DNA of 64,000 nucleotides from Scyliorhinus canicula (lineage: Eukaryota), in contig NC_052149.1 of NCBI RefSeq assembly GCF_902713615.1, positions 231,162,986 to 231,226,985 of the forward strand. Reading direction: 5' to 3'. Positions 1 through 12,330 of this stretch are shown in pieces (the stretch's first letter is position 1; every line of letters begins with the position of its first letter). The notes under the pieces were generated by a model, which worked only from the letters and a program-made list of their open reading frames with translations, was not told the origin of the DNA and made no database searches. Position numbers and translations under genes: made by a program.

Positions 1-560
1 CACCCATTCTGTACCCAAAGACCAGGTAATGTTCGAGATGAGAATTGTTTAGCTGTGCCATGGGGTGGAACCTTGTGTCTCCTCTCTGGTAAGTTTATTG
101 GTGGGGGCGGCCATTTAATGAGACAGGAGGGCTGTGCTCTGCCACCAATTGAGGTCCATAAGTGGGTAATTAACAAAGGAATCAGTCCGGTGAGCCTCTG
201 CTGAACTCCCTCTGGAGCAAGTATATCCTTCCTTAGGTAAGGAGGCCAAAACTGCCCACAACACTCCATGTGTGACTCACCAAAGTGCTGCGTAGCTGCA
301 ATAAGACATCCTGTACTCAAGTCCTCTAGAATGAAGGCCAACATATCTTTTGCCTTCCCAACTGCTTGTTGGACCTAACTGCTTTCAGTGACTATGTCAC
401 CCAGGTCCCTCTGTACGTCAACATTTCCCAATCGATCACCATTTAAATAATACTCTGTCATTCTGTTACTCCATCCGAAGTGGATAACTTCACATTTATC
501 CACATTATACCACGTCTGCCATGTATTCGCCCAGTCACACAACTTGTCTAAATCACCTTT

Positions 561-1829
561 TGTTGCCAATTTGCACCAGAGACGCCAATAATGTTGCCAC
601 GTCTGGGGTATCTACATTAGTGAGATATTAGTCTGACCGTTATTAATGAGGATTTTGCTTTCAGAGTCGCCAGGGTAGCAGCAGGGTAGCATGGTGGCTA
701 GCATAAATGCTTCACAGCTCCAGGGTCCCAGGTTCGATTCCCGGCTGGGTCACTGTCTGTGTGGAGTCTGCACGTCCTCCCCCTGTGTGCGTGGGTTTCC
801 TCCGGGTGCTCCGGTTTCCTCCCACAGTCCAAAGATGTGCGGGTTAGGTGGATTGGCCATGCTAAATTGCCCGTAGTGTCCTAATAAAAGTAAGGTTAAG
901 GGGGGGGGTTGTTGGGTTACGGGTATAGGGTGGATACATGGGTTTGAGTAGGGTGATCATGGCTCGGCACAACATTGAGGGCCGAAGGGCCTGTTCTGTG
1001 CTGTACTGTTCTATGTTCTATGTTCTAGGTATCAAATGATACCACCACAACCGGATATCGATCAAAGACCCAACAACCAGTCAGTTAGTTCAAGTTCAAT
1101 AATAGTTTATTTACACACAAGATTAAGTCACACATGCAACATAAAAACACTACAAGCTAAATTAGACCTAACACTACAACAACCTGTACTTAACTTTCAG
1201 GCACCCGGCTTTATGCAGAGGAACAAGGCCTTTGTTTGGATCTGGAGTGGCTGGGTCTGGAGAAGTAACTTCGGTTCTGCTGGGCTCATCTGCCTGTAGC
1301 GATCGTTGATCTTGAACTTGCCTCTGGCTGTGGTGCTGCAGTTGGCTTCAGGTGTAAGCCGGGCCGAAGAGTGCCGGTGTGCCAGGGCCAAAAGAGATTG
1401 AACACATGGCAGTGTCTCTCTTTATCCTTCTGGGGTTTTGCGCTCTTTCGAGCGGCCCTTAGCTTTGGACCCAATAATTCGGCCGGCTTTGATTACTGCC
1501 TTCGATTTTAGCCAATAAAGGGGCGGGTGCCTTGATGGCTGGGCGAGTCCTGAGCGGTCATTGACCTTGGCTGTTTGGGCTTCCTGGGTGAAGGGAGTGG
1601 CGCCGATGTGTCTGGATCTGTATCTGATACCTGAGCACTAGCCCTTTGTCCTGGGGCAATGGGCCATTAGAATGTAAATCGGCTAGGGGGTTTCGATACT
1701 GTCTGGTTCTCTGTTAGCAAATATACATTCAGGCTCTGAGTTTGCCTGAATCCTGTATTGGCCATATTTCCATTGAGTCTTTGCAAGTATCCATGTTTCC
1801 TTTGTCAGTGGCCATCTAAGATGGCTACA
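561..1829 (-). mobile_element. Solo LTR of a family related to the provirus, inserted in a CR1 LINE and itself interrupted by a SINE
   Basis: Termini TGTAGCCATC...GGCAACA. The flanking CR1 sequence rejoins (aatcacctt|ggagcc) with a cctt duplication. The motif gagtcgccagg|tatc is split by the SINE at ~675-1027. Confidence 0.8.
675..1027 (+). mobile_element. tRNA-derived SINE (HE1/V-SINE-like, long form)
   Basis: A box, B box GGTTCGATTCC, V-core gtgtggagt.tgcac.ttctcccc, CR1-like tail (tatgttc)n. Confidence 0.9.
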
Positions 1830-2346
1830 CCTTGGAGCCGCGAAAATCCTCCTCGCCACTCACATTCCTATGAGTTTCGTGTCATCAGAAAAATTGGAAA
1901 TGTTACATTTTGTTCCCTCATCCAAATCATTAATATATACTGTGAATAGCTGAGGCTCAAGCACCAATCCCATGTGGAACTCCACTTCTCACCGCTTGCC
2001 ACTCTGAAAAAGACCCATTCATTCCTTCACTCTGTTTCCTGTCTGCTGACCAATTTGCGATCCATGGCAATATATTGCCCCCAATCCCGTGTGTTTTAAT
2101 TTTCTACACTAAACTCTTATGTGGGAATTTATCAAAACCTTTCTGAAAATCCAAAGGCACCACATCCACTCGTTTATCCTTATCTATTCTACGAATTACA
2201 TCATTAAAAAACTCCAGTAGTTTTTTCGTGATTTCCATTTCATAACGATGTTGACTTTATCTAATTTCATTGATATTTTCAAAGTGTCCTGTTCTAACAT
2301 ATTTTATAGACTCTAGCATTTTCCCTTCTCCTAATTCTAAGCTTTT

Positions 2347-2568
2347 TTAAAATCAATTTAAAGTACCCAATTATTTTTTTCCAATTAAGGGCAATTTAGT
2401 GTAGCCAATCCACCTATCCTACACATCTTTGGGTTGTGGGGATGAATCCCACGCAGACACGGGGAGAATGTGCAAACTCCACGAGGGCAGTGACCTGGAG
2501 CCAGGATCGAACCCGGGTCCTCACCACCGTGAGGCAGCAGTGCTAACCACCGCGCCATTGTGCTGCCC
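2347..2568 (-). mobile_element. tRNA-derived SINE (short form)
   Basis: Reverse complement of the A/B-box head and V-core. Confidence 0.88.
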
Positions 2569-3474
2569 CTCTACTGATACTAAGCTAACAACTCTGTGAT
2601 TGCTTGTTTTCACGTTCGCTCCTTTTTTAAATAGCGAGGGTTACCTTTGCCACCCTCCAATCGGTTGTGACTGTTCCAGAATCTACAGAATTTTAGAAGA
2701 TGATGAGCAACACGTCCACTATTTCCATGGCCACGTCCTTTAGCACCCTGAGATGCAAATTATCAGGCCCTGGGGATTTATCAGCTTTCAGTCCCATTAA
2801 TTTCTCCAGCACTATTTTGCTCGTAGTAATACGAATTAATGCCCAATTAAGTACCTCATCCCATCATTGTTGGTATTAACCTAGTGGCAGGCAAGGAGCT
2901 GACCATGTGGGGTGGGGCTGGTTCAGCACAGTGGGCTAAACAGCCAGCTTGCAAAGCAGAACATGGCCAGCAGTGCAGGTTCAATTCCCGTACCAGCCTC
3001 CCCGAACAGGTGCCGGAATGTGGCGACTAGGGGCTTTTCACAGTAACTTCATTGAAGCCTACTTGTAACAATAAGTGATTATTATATTATCATTAAATCC
3101 TGGGACTGATGCGTTTGCATGTGGGCTCCATGAGGGGGTGGGGTTTATTCAAAAGCATTCAGTGCCAAATTAAGGACCTGGCAACAGGAGAGAGGTGCCC
3201 ACTGAAAGAGACCCCTTTACCCTTGCTGCCCAACTGCCCTCAGACCCTCTCCCCCCATGACCCCATCCCCCCCCCCCCCACCCCCCACCCCCCACCCCCC
3301 ACCCCAGACATTCTCACCATCATCACTCACCACTGCCTGTATCCCTCCTTGATTCAAAGCCCCGGGTAGGTGCAGCTCTGGCAGCAACCAGCCGCACACC
3401 AGTGGCGCAGCTGAGCACTAAAGAGCTGACGGCTCTCGCCAGCTGGGACTTTCTCCTCCTCAGTCCTTAATTTA

Positions 3475-3815
3475 TCATAGAATTTACAGTGCAGCAGGAG
3501 GCCATTCGGCCTATTGAGTCTGCACCGGCTCATGGAAAGAGCACCCTACCCAAGGTCAACACCTTCCCCCTATCCCCATAACCCAGTAACCCCACCCAAC
3601 ACTAAGGGCAATTTTGGACACTATGGGCAATTTATCACGGCCAATCCACCTAACCCGCACATCTTTGGACTGTGGGAGGAAACCGGAGCTCCCAGAGGAA
3701 ACCCACGCACACACGGGGAGGATGTGCAGACTCCACACAGACAGTGACCCAAGCCGGGAATTGAACCTGGGACCCTGGAGCTGTGAAGCAACTGTATTGT
3801 GCTATCCGCAATGCT
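3475..3815 (-). mobile_element. tRNA-derived SINE (long form)
   Basis: Same family as 675-1027. Confidence 0.88.
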
Positions 3816-4358
3816 ACCGTTGATGCCCTGTTGAGTGCCCGAGTGGCACAAGAAGTGATTGGTCGCCTCGAAAAGAGGCGACAAGGGCGTCCCACCTGTC
3901 GGCCATTAGTCCCTTCACCTCCACAAGATTCTGTTCATGTCTATATCAAAGGCTACAGAACCAAGGGGAGTAGATTGAGTTAAAATAGAATCACATCTGA
4001 TCTACTTGAAGGACTAAATGATCTCCTCCTGTTACTAAGCCTATCAAGCTCAGTTTGAAACTTTCAGTGGGGCTATACCATCTTGTCCAAGGAGGGTATT
4101 TCCATGTATGGACTTCCAGCAGCCCATCTCATGACAGGGGGAGGGAGTACATTGAAATTCACTAGAAAGGTAAATTGCAAGGCCAAGTTCCTTAGTTTAG
4201 TTTAGTATTTCCTTGCATCGAGCAGGATGAGGGATAATCTTATTAAAGTTGATTGAAATGAGATTCAACCGGGCCATCACAGAGAAGATATTTCCACTGG
4301 TCGGGGGTTTGAAACAGGGGGAACACAATCTTCACATCAGAATCAGACCATTGAAACT

Positions 4359-4832
4359 AAATGAAATGAAAATCGCTTATTGTCATGAGTAGGCTTCAAT
4401 GAAGTTACTGTGAAAAGCCCCTAGTCGCCACATTCCGGCGCCTGTCCGGGGAGGCTGGTACGGGAATGGAACCATGCTGCTGGTCTGCTTTAAAAGCCAG
4501 CGATTTAGCCCAATGAGCTAAACCAGCCCCTAGATTAAATCTAGAACACCTTTTCACACCATCTCTCTGGGATCTATCCTCTAGGTTAAGTGGGTGCGTA
4601 GGGTGCCAATTGGAGTTAGAACCATAGAATCATATAATTCCTACAGTGCAGAAGGAGGCCATTTGGCCCATCGAGTCTGCACCGGCCCTCTGAAAGAGCA
4701 TCCATACCTCAGCCCATACCCCATCCTTGTAAACACATAATCCCAGCTAACCTGCACATCTTTGGACTTGTGGGAGGAAACCGGAGCACCCGGAGGAAAC
4801 CCACGCCGACACGGGGAGAACATGCAGACTCC
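4359..4832 (-). mobile_element. Two SINEs (4359-4530 short type; 4620-4832 HE1-like)
   Basis: Similar to other copies in the window. Confidence 0.8.
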
Positions 4833-5231
4833 AGACAGAACTCTTTCTCCTCAAAAGCTGCTGGGGTCGGGAGTTCCCTTGAAAATTTCAAAGCGGAGAT
4901 GGGTGGATTTTTGTTGGACGAGGATGTTGAGGATTACAGGAGCCAGACGGAAGGGTGGAGTGAAGATAGAGATCTAATTGAACAGGCTGAGGTGCTGAAC
5001 AGCCTCCTGTTGGTGGCTGGAGATTCTGTCAGAGCGGAGCAGAGAGGAGGTTAAAGGGAGATTTAATGGGGCTGTAAAATCATGAGGGCTTTTTTACAAT
5101 ATATCTTTTTATTCGTGTATGTTCACTGATACAAATAACACAACAAACCCACAAATGATTCTGCGTCCAGTAATATAGAAAGGGACAGGAGAACAGGAAC
5201 ACAGTGGGTTCAGCTTAATCATTAAACTGGG

Positions 5232-5460
5232 GGGGGCAGCACAGCGGCGCAGTGGCTAGCACTGCTGCCTCACGGCGCCGAGGTCCCAGGTTCAATCCCG
5301 GCTCTGCATCACTGTCCGTGTGGAATTTGCACGTTCTCCCTGTGTTTGCGTGGCTTTCGCCTCTGCAACCCAAAGATGTGCAGGTGGATTGGACACGCTA
5401 AATTGCCCCTTAATTGGAAAAAATGAATTGGGTACTCTAAACTAAATTTTAAAAATAATT
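5232..5460 (+). mobile_element. tRNA-derived SINE (short form)
   Basis: gggcagcacagcggcgcagtggctagc...ggttcaatccc. Confidence 0.88.
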
Positions 5461-5730
5461 TAAAAAACATTATACTGGGGGCCACACCGAGCGGTGATCG
5501 TCCGATTTCACAGTTTTCAGAGGAACGAGCGGGTCCTGGAGTGGGCCAAGAAGAATCGGCACATTAATTGGGACTGATGCAGGGTGCGCAGTTATCAAGA
5601 CATTGGCACAGAGCCGGGGAAGAGTTGGGCGGCCTTCAGTGAGGTGAGGGCAGGACTGATCATCAAGGGTGTGCGATTCGGGGTAGTGTATCAAACGAGA
5701 CTGAGAGTCACGATGGACTGGGTAGATCAC

Positions 5731-6628
5731 AAGCGGAATTCTCCGCTCCCCACGTGGCGTGGGAGAATCGTGGGAGGGCCTCCCGACATTGTTTACGCCC
5801 CCCTGGCGCCCCCAGCGATCCCCCCCCCCCCCCACCCAAACTCGGAAAAATCATCGCTCGCTGTTTGTTGCGGCGAACGGCGATTCTCCGAGCCCGATGG
5901 GCCGAGCGGCCGGACCTACACGCCCGTTTCACCACGGCAGCAACCTTCATGAAACGGGCACCAGATGCCCGTTTGGGGCATCTAGAGGGCCGATTTGGAC
6001 GGGAGCACCGCGACTGTGCTCGAGAGGGGACAGGCCCGCGATCGGTGCCCACCGATCGTCGGGCCAGCGTCCAAAACGGACGCACTCTTTCCCCTCCGCC
6101 ACCCGGCAAGATCAAGCCGCCACGTCTTGCCGGGCGGCGGTGGAGAAAGACGGCACCGCGCATGCGCGGGTTCGTGCCGTTTGAGCACTGATGTCATCCG
6201 CGCATGCGCGGGTTGGAACCGGCAACCCGCGCATGCGCGGATGACATCAGAAAAGCGCAGTTTCCGCGTCATTTCTGGCGCAATGAGGTCGCGGCCGGAA
6301 ACGAAGGGGGCCCATTCCTAACCCCCCCGGGTGGGGGTGAATTAGGTGCGGGGAGCCGGCCCCGAGGCCATCATGAGGCTCGGCCGATTTCACGACGGCC
6401 ATCCCGATTTTTATCGGGAGTGGAGAATACCGCCCCAAGGGTGGGATTCTCCGCCGGCGGGATTCCTGTGGCGCCATCAGCGCGCCCACACCTGCGGGCC
6501 TCCCGGCGGTTTGGGGTGACCACAATGGGAAATCCCATTGGCAGGTGCTGGGAATGGAGAATCCAGCTGCCGGCGAGGGCGTACTGCCCAGGAAAACGTG
6601 GCTGCCGGTCCGGAGAATCCAGCCCCAT
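5731..6628. mobile_element. Two adjacent GC-rich Harbinger-type MITEs
   Basis: Ends of the GGGCGG(G/A)ATTCTCC...GGAGAAT(C/A)C.GCCC type, the same family as 20547-21284. Confidence 0.6.
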
Positions 6629-6889
6629 GACTCTGACATGCCGGTGCAGGCCGAGGCCTACATCACGGATAAAGGACTGGGTCCGGATTGAGGAGGGTTC
6701 GTGGGATTGTGGGTGTGAAAGTCAGGTTGGGTGCATTGTAAATATTGCAATATGTTATGTTATATTTTGGTTCTTGTTTTTCTTGGAGACTGGGAGAAGG
6801 TTTACTTTCTATTCTTGAGGCCAGATTAATTGGGGATGGTAAAGCGGGTGGATTAATCTGGTCATTGGAGGGGAAGAGGAGCATGACAC

Positions 6890-7167
6890 GGTACTGATCT
6901 GACTGGTGACCTTGTAGTAGCCTGACCAGATGTGCTAGCTACCACATGGTGTTTGCACTTGCTAGCTCGTGGACTCTGACTGTCTCAGTGGCTGGGTCCC
7001 AAGAGAGCGGGAAACCTGGTGCCCTCTGGCTTTATAGTGGTAGTGTCCTGTCTGGTGATTGGCTGTATTGTGTTGTATGCTTACTGGTCATCCTATGTGT
7101 CAATCACTGCCTGTCTACACCTCATTATATACATGAGTGGATATTATGACATCTTCCCCTTTTTTTT
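6890..7167 (-). mobile_element. LTR fragment of a second family with polypurine tract
   Basis: Minus strand reads AAAAAAAAGGGGAAGA|TGTCATAATATCC...; the same 11-bp LTR start recurs at 8271-8281. Confidence 0.55.
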
Positions 7168-7223
7168 AGTTAAATAAATACTGAGGTATGTATACGTATA
7201 TGTATATATATATATGTATATAT

Positions 7224-7570
7224 AGGGCAGCATGGTAGCATTGTGGATAGCACAATCGCTTCACAGCTCCAGGGTCCCAGGTTCGATTCCGGCTTGGGTC
7301 ACTGTCTGTGCGGAGTCTGCACATCCTCCCCGTGTGTGCGTGGGTTTCCTCCGGGTGCTCCGGTTTCCTCCCACAGTCCAAAGATGTGCAGGTTAGGTGG
7401 ATTGGCCATGATAAATTGCCCTTAGTGTCCAAAATTGCCCTTAGTGTTGGGTGGGGTTACTGGGTTATGGGGATAGGGTGGAGTTGTTGACCTTGGGTAG
7501 GGTGCTCTTTCCAAGAGCCGGTGCAGACTCGATGGGCTGAATGGCCTCCTTCTGCTCTGTAAATTCTATG
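7224..7570 (+). mobile_element. tRNA-derived SINE (long form) in a (TA)n tract
   Basis: Complete head, core and tail; flanked by tatatata. Confidence 0.9.
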
Positions 7571-7627
7571 AATATATATATATATATATGCCTGACTATA
7601 TACAAACGGTGCTTGATCAAACGTATA

Positions 7628-8238
7628 CAGTAGTCCCCCTTTATAACGCGGGTGTTGGGGTCCAAGACAGTCACTCGCGTTGCATCCGAGCCGCGGATAT
7701 CCACGATGGGGGTTAATTTTAGAATACAGGGCTACAGAGGGGAGGGGCAATGTGAGACCATGCTGGTCTTGCAGAGGCCCGTATGACCTCCTCCTGTGTT
7801 CTCTGCTCTCTCCCTCCAATCAGCCGGCAGTGTCAATTTCAGCGGCCAGCTCACTTTGATCCTGAGAGGGAAGCTGCTCTCTCACTGAAACAATCAGCCG
7901 GCCGCTGAAGTTGACACTGCCGGCTGCTCTCTCCCTCCAATCAGAAACATTAAAACTTAAAAGTTGGATTGGAGGGAGAGAGCAGCCGGCAGTGTCAATT
8001 TCAGCAGCAGGCTGATTGTTTCAGTGAGAGAGCAGCTTCCCTCTCTGGATCAAAGTGAGCCGGCCGCTGAAATTGTCACTGCCGGCTGCTCTCTCCCTCC
8101 AATCAGCCGGCAGTGTCAATTTCAGCGGCCGGCTCACTTTGATCCGGAGAGGGAAGCTGACAGTTGGGGTCCATAAGCCCCCCCGCCGTATATCGTGAAC
8201 CACGGTATTGCGGAGCGCGGTATAACGGGGGACTACTG
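7628..8238. mobile_element. Tigger/pogo-type (Tc1-mariner) non-autonomous element
   Basis: TIRs CAGTAGTCCCCC.TTATA...CGCGG / CGCGGTATAACGGGGGACTACTG, flanked by TA on both sides. Confidence 0.85.
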
Positions 8239-9224
8239 TATACATGGGAAAGTGTCGATAGTGCAGATACATATTATGACAGTCACCAGGGGGTTATCTT
8301 TGTCACAACCAGGGGGTGGTGCAGGTGGCCATATTAGGTAGGCCTGGGGCCTAGGAAATTATGCTGAAAGCATGACGCATCGTGGTGATAATGGCTGACT
8401 TGAGGTTGAGAGGCTCTCAACAAGGTTAGTCAGCTGGAACATGCGAGGCCTGGGGGTTTGGGGGAGGGGGCGGTTGGCAGAGGGGGGGGGGGGGGGGGGG
8501 GGGGGTTGCCTTCTGAGGAACAGAGTTCCAGGAAGTCACTACCCTCTGAGATAAAAACATCCTCCTCCTCTCAGTATACAGTCAATAAACCGAAGATCAA
8601 ATGAACTTGCCAGAATTCATTGATCAAATGAATCAAAAGTAAACCTTCAAAGTCCTGAAAACAATTCAAACCGTTCCTGTTTGTGGGTTTTTGTAATGTT
8701 TAAACCGAATCAGGAAATTGTGTTGGGGACTTTCCATTCCAGATTGTTGCCAGGCGATGTGTCTTGGTTTCATTGAAGAGGTATGCAGGGGGTGGGGTTA
8801 AGCACCTACAGGGAAAATCCGCACTGTCCAGCTCTGAGTTCATAGAATCGTAGAGCACAGAGGCCATTTGGCCCACTTTGCCCATGCCTGCCTGAGCCGT
8901 CCAGTCAGCTCCACACCATCCCCCCCCCCCCCCCCCCCCCCCCCCCCGCCCCTGGTCTCGGCACGCAGCTCCGCAACCTTCTTCCCCTTTAAGTACTTGT
9001 CCAATTCCCCTTTCATAATGTTAAATTGGCCTCTCAGGCAGCGCATTCCAGATCGTCACAACTGTTACTGATTGAGGCTGATCTTATCTCTGTTAAAATT
9101 GGAAGAATGCAAAAACTGCAGGATGTACACAGCAAGTCAGGCAGCATCTGTGGGCTGGGAAAGGCTGGCGGGCTTACGCTAAGGGGCAAGGGGTCAATGG
9201 TGGCAATGAAATCACTGCAATTAT

Positions 9225-9421
9225 TTTTTTTTCCATTTAAGGGGCAATTTAGCGTGGCCAATCCACCTACCCTGCACATCTTTGGGTTGTGGGGTTCAGA
9301 CTCACGCAGACACGGGGAGAATGTGCAAACTCTGCACAGAGAGTGACCCGGGCCGGGGATCAAACCCGTGTCCTCAGCGCTGTGAGGCAGTAGTGCTAAC
9401 CACTGTGCCACCGTGCTGCCC
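9225..9421 (-). mobile_element. tRNA-derived SINE (short form)
   Basis: Similar to other copies in the window. Confidence 0.85.
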
Positions 9422-10429
9422 ATAGGGAGGTGGGCATCGTTGGTTAGGGCAGAACTTTTTACCCATTGAGAAGGGCAATTTCTGCACCTCCTTGGATTCC
9501 ACCTGCTGCCTGTGCTGGGGCCTTGCAGCCATCATTTCCACGCCAGATCTCTCAGCTCTGAGTCAGAAAGGGTTTTCATATTCATTCGTGGGGTGTGGGA
9601 GGGCCAGCAGTTATTGCCCTTGAGAAGCTGGTGGTGACAATGGAGCACAAAGGCCATTTTCAGAGGGCAGTTAAAAGTCAAACACGTTGCTGTGGATGCT
9701 GGTCCCAATCCTAGACCTGATCGTAACAAGCTGATACTCCTGGTGCCATGCGGAGGGTGGACCGCACGGCTGGACGTTCTGTCTTTCACATGAGATGCTA
9801 ATCAACCCTCTCCACCATCGACTCTCCAGGTTTGACGTTATCGATCCCACAGCACTAATGAGAGGAAGAGCTAGGGAGTTCCCTCTCGGGGACTGAGCCA
9901 TTATTTCCTGCATTTCACTTTTCAAACGTTCTTTGTCAGCTGCTTCGTGCTTTGGGGTGTCCTGAAGTCACAAAAGGCTCACCGTACAACGTTTCTTCAC
10001 TCTGCATATTGAGGGGCATTCGTACCAATACAAAGACCTTTTACGATTAAACATAGAAAGGTTGATGTGGGCCTTTTGAAAACAGATGGATGGTAGGTGA
10101 TGTGATGCAAGGATGGGAATTGTTGTATTCCCATGGGCTTTGCTGCTATTCTTTCTTTCATCCCTTCATTTATCACGCTCATGCAGCCTGTACTCACCCA
10201 ATCTGGGAGTGAAACTCTATATTGTGCCCCTGGAAGATTTCTGGCTAAACATTGGTGACAAAATAGCGAGAAGTCCAAAGAAAATCCTCGACGGAAGACA
10301 GCAGTCAGAAACAACCGGGGTGGAGCTGAGTCCTCAACTGAATCCTCGAATGGGCTCTCAGTCCAACGCTCTCAAAGGCATTACAGCTGGTGACTGCTAA
10401 TGTCATTAAGGTCACGGATGAGAACCGCG

Positions 10430-12330
10430 GCTTAAGAACAAAGAAAAGTACAGCACAGGAACAGGCCCTTCGGCCCTCCAAGCCTGCGCCGACCATGCTG
10501 CCCGTCTAAACTAAAATCTTCTACACTTCCTGGGTCCGTATCCCTCTATTCCCATCCTATTCATGTATTTGTCAAGATGCCCCTTAAACGTCACTATCGT
10601 CCCTGCTTCCACCACCTCCTCCGGCAGCGGGTTCCAGGCACCCACTACCCTCTGTGTAAAAACTTGCCTCGTACATCTACTCTAAACCTTGCCCCTCGCT
10701 CCTTAAACCTATGCCCCCTAGTAATTGACCCCTCGACCCTGGGAAAAAGTCTCTGACTATCCACTCTGTCTATGTCCCTCGAAATTTTGTAGACCTCTAT
10801 CAGGTCGCCCCTCAACCTATCTATCACTGTCTTAAAGACACTCTGTGATTTGGATTCATCCTTTAGTCTGAGATTGTGTCCTCTGTTTCTAGTTTTTCCC
10901 ACAAGTGGAAAAATCCTCTCCACGTCCACTCTATCCAGGCCACGCAGTATCCTGTAGGTTTCAATAAAATATCCCTCATCCGAGTACAGACTCAGAGTCC
11001 TCAACCGTTCCTCACAGACGCAGGCACAGGGGCTGGTTTAGCTCACCAGGCTAAATCGCTGGCTTTTAAAGCAGACCAAGCAGGCCAGCAGCACGGTTCG
11101 ATTCCCGTACCAGCCTCCCCGGACAGGCGCCGGAATGTGGCGACTAGGGGCTTTTGACAGTAACTTCATTGAAGCCTACTTGTGACAATAAGCGATTTTC
11201 ATTTTCATTTCACCTAACCTGCACACCTTTGGACTGTGGGAGGAAACTGGAGCACCCGGAGGAAAGCCACGCAGACACGGGGAGAACGTGCAAACTCCGC
11301 ACAGGCGGTCACCCGAGGGACAATAAGGGATTTTCATTCCATTTTTCATTTCATATAAGTTCTTCATTCCAGGGATCATTCTTGTGAACCTCCTCTAGAC
11401 CCTTTCCAAGGCTAGCACATCCTTCCTTATATATGGGGCCAGAAATATCTCACAATACTCCAAATGAGGTCTGACCAGAGCCTTATATAGCTTCAGAGGT
11501 ATATTCCTGGTCTTGTATTCTAGCCCTCTCGACATGAATGCTAACATTGCATTTGCCTTCCTAACTGCCGACTGAACCTGCACGTTAACCTTAAGAGAAT
11601 CATGAACAAGAACTCCCAAGTCCCTTTGTGCTTCTGATTTCCTAAGCATCTTCCCATTTAGAAAATAGTCTAAGCCTCCATTTCTCCTTCCAAAGTGCAT
11701 AACCTCACACTTTTTTACATTGTATTCCATTTGCCACTTCTTTGCCCACTCTCCTAGCCTGTCCAAGTCCTTCTGCAGCCCGCCTGCTTCCTCAATACTA
11801 CCTACCCCTCTACAGATCTGTGTATCATTTGCAAATTTAGCAATAGTGCCTTCAGTTCCTTCCTGCAGATCATTAATATATATTTTTAAAAGTCGTGGTC
11901 CCAGCACCGACCCCTGAGGAACACCACTAGTCACCGGCTGCCATCCTGAAAAAGGTTCCTTTATCCCCACTCTCTGCCTTCTGCCAGTCAGCCAATCCTC
12001 TATCCATGCCAGGATCTTACCCTTAACACCGTGAGCTCTTAATTATTTAACAGCCTCCTATGCGGCACCTTGTCAAAGGCCTTCTGGAAATCTAAATAAA
12101 TCACGTCCACTGGTTCTCCTTTGTTTAACTTCCTTGTTACTTCTTCAAAGAACTCTAACAGATTTGTCAGACATGACATCCCTTTGACAAAGCCGGGCTG
12201 ACTCAATCCTATTTTATCATACACTTCCAAGTACTCCTCAATCTCATCTTAATAATGGACTCTAATATCTTACCAATGATCAAAGTCAGGTTAACCGGCC
12301 TATAATTTCCCATCTTCTGCCTCTCTCCCT
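10430..12330 (-). mobile_element. CR1 LINE fragments (3' end and RT region)
   Basis: ORF 11395..11970 SGVPQGSVLGP...KFANDT...WQMEYNV.KCEVMHFG; ORF 12039..12230 CLTNLLEFFEEVT...DFQKAFDKVPH. Confidence 0.92.

Larger units (their letters stand above)
150..2830 (-). mobile_element. CR1-type LINE RT fragments (host of the solo LTR)
   Basis: ORF 375..569 GDLDKLCDWANTWQ..YNVDKCEVIHFG; CR1-like sequence continues after 1830. Confidence 0.8.
5475..8510 (+). mobile_element. Decayed L1-like LINE (ORF1 C-terminus to ORF2 start) with multiple nested insertions
   Basis: IVRF...VLEWAKK...YQDIG.E...GVRFGVVY resembles L1 ORF1; LVSWNMRGLG near 8430-8460 resembles the start of the APE endonuclease. Confidence 0.6.

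Noticed and set aside
691-876. Recurrent ORFs such as 'SQLQGPRFDSRLGHCLCGVCT...' throughout the window
   Set aside because: SINE translations, not genes.
5232-5310. tRNA-like A/B boxes
   Set aside because: SINE heads continuing into the V-core; not tRNA genes.
5584-6818. Overlapping 100-200 aa Arg/Gly/Pro-rich ORFs
   Set aside because: Arise from GC-rich MITEs with few stop codons; same for 20669-21482 and 60356-61799.
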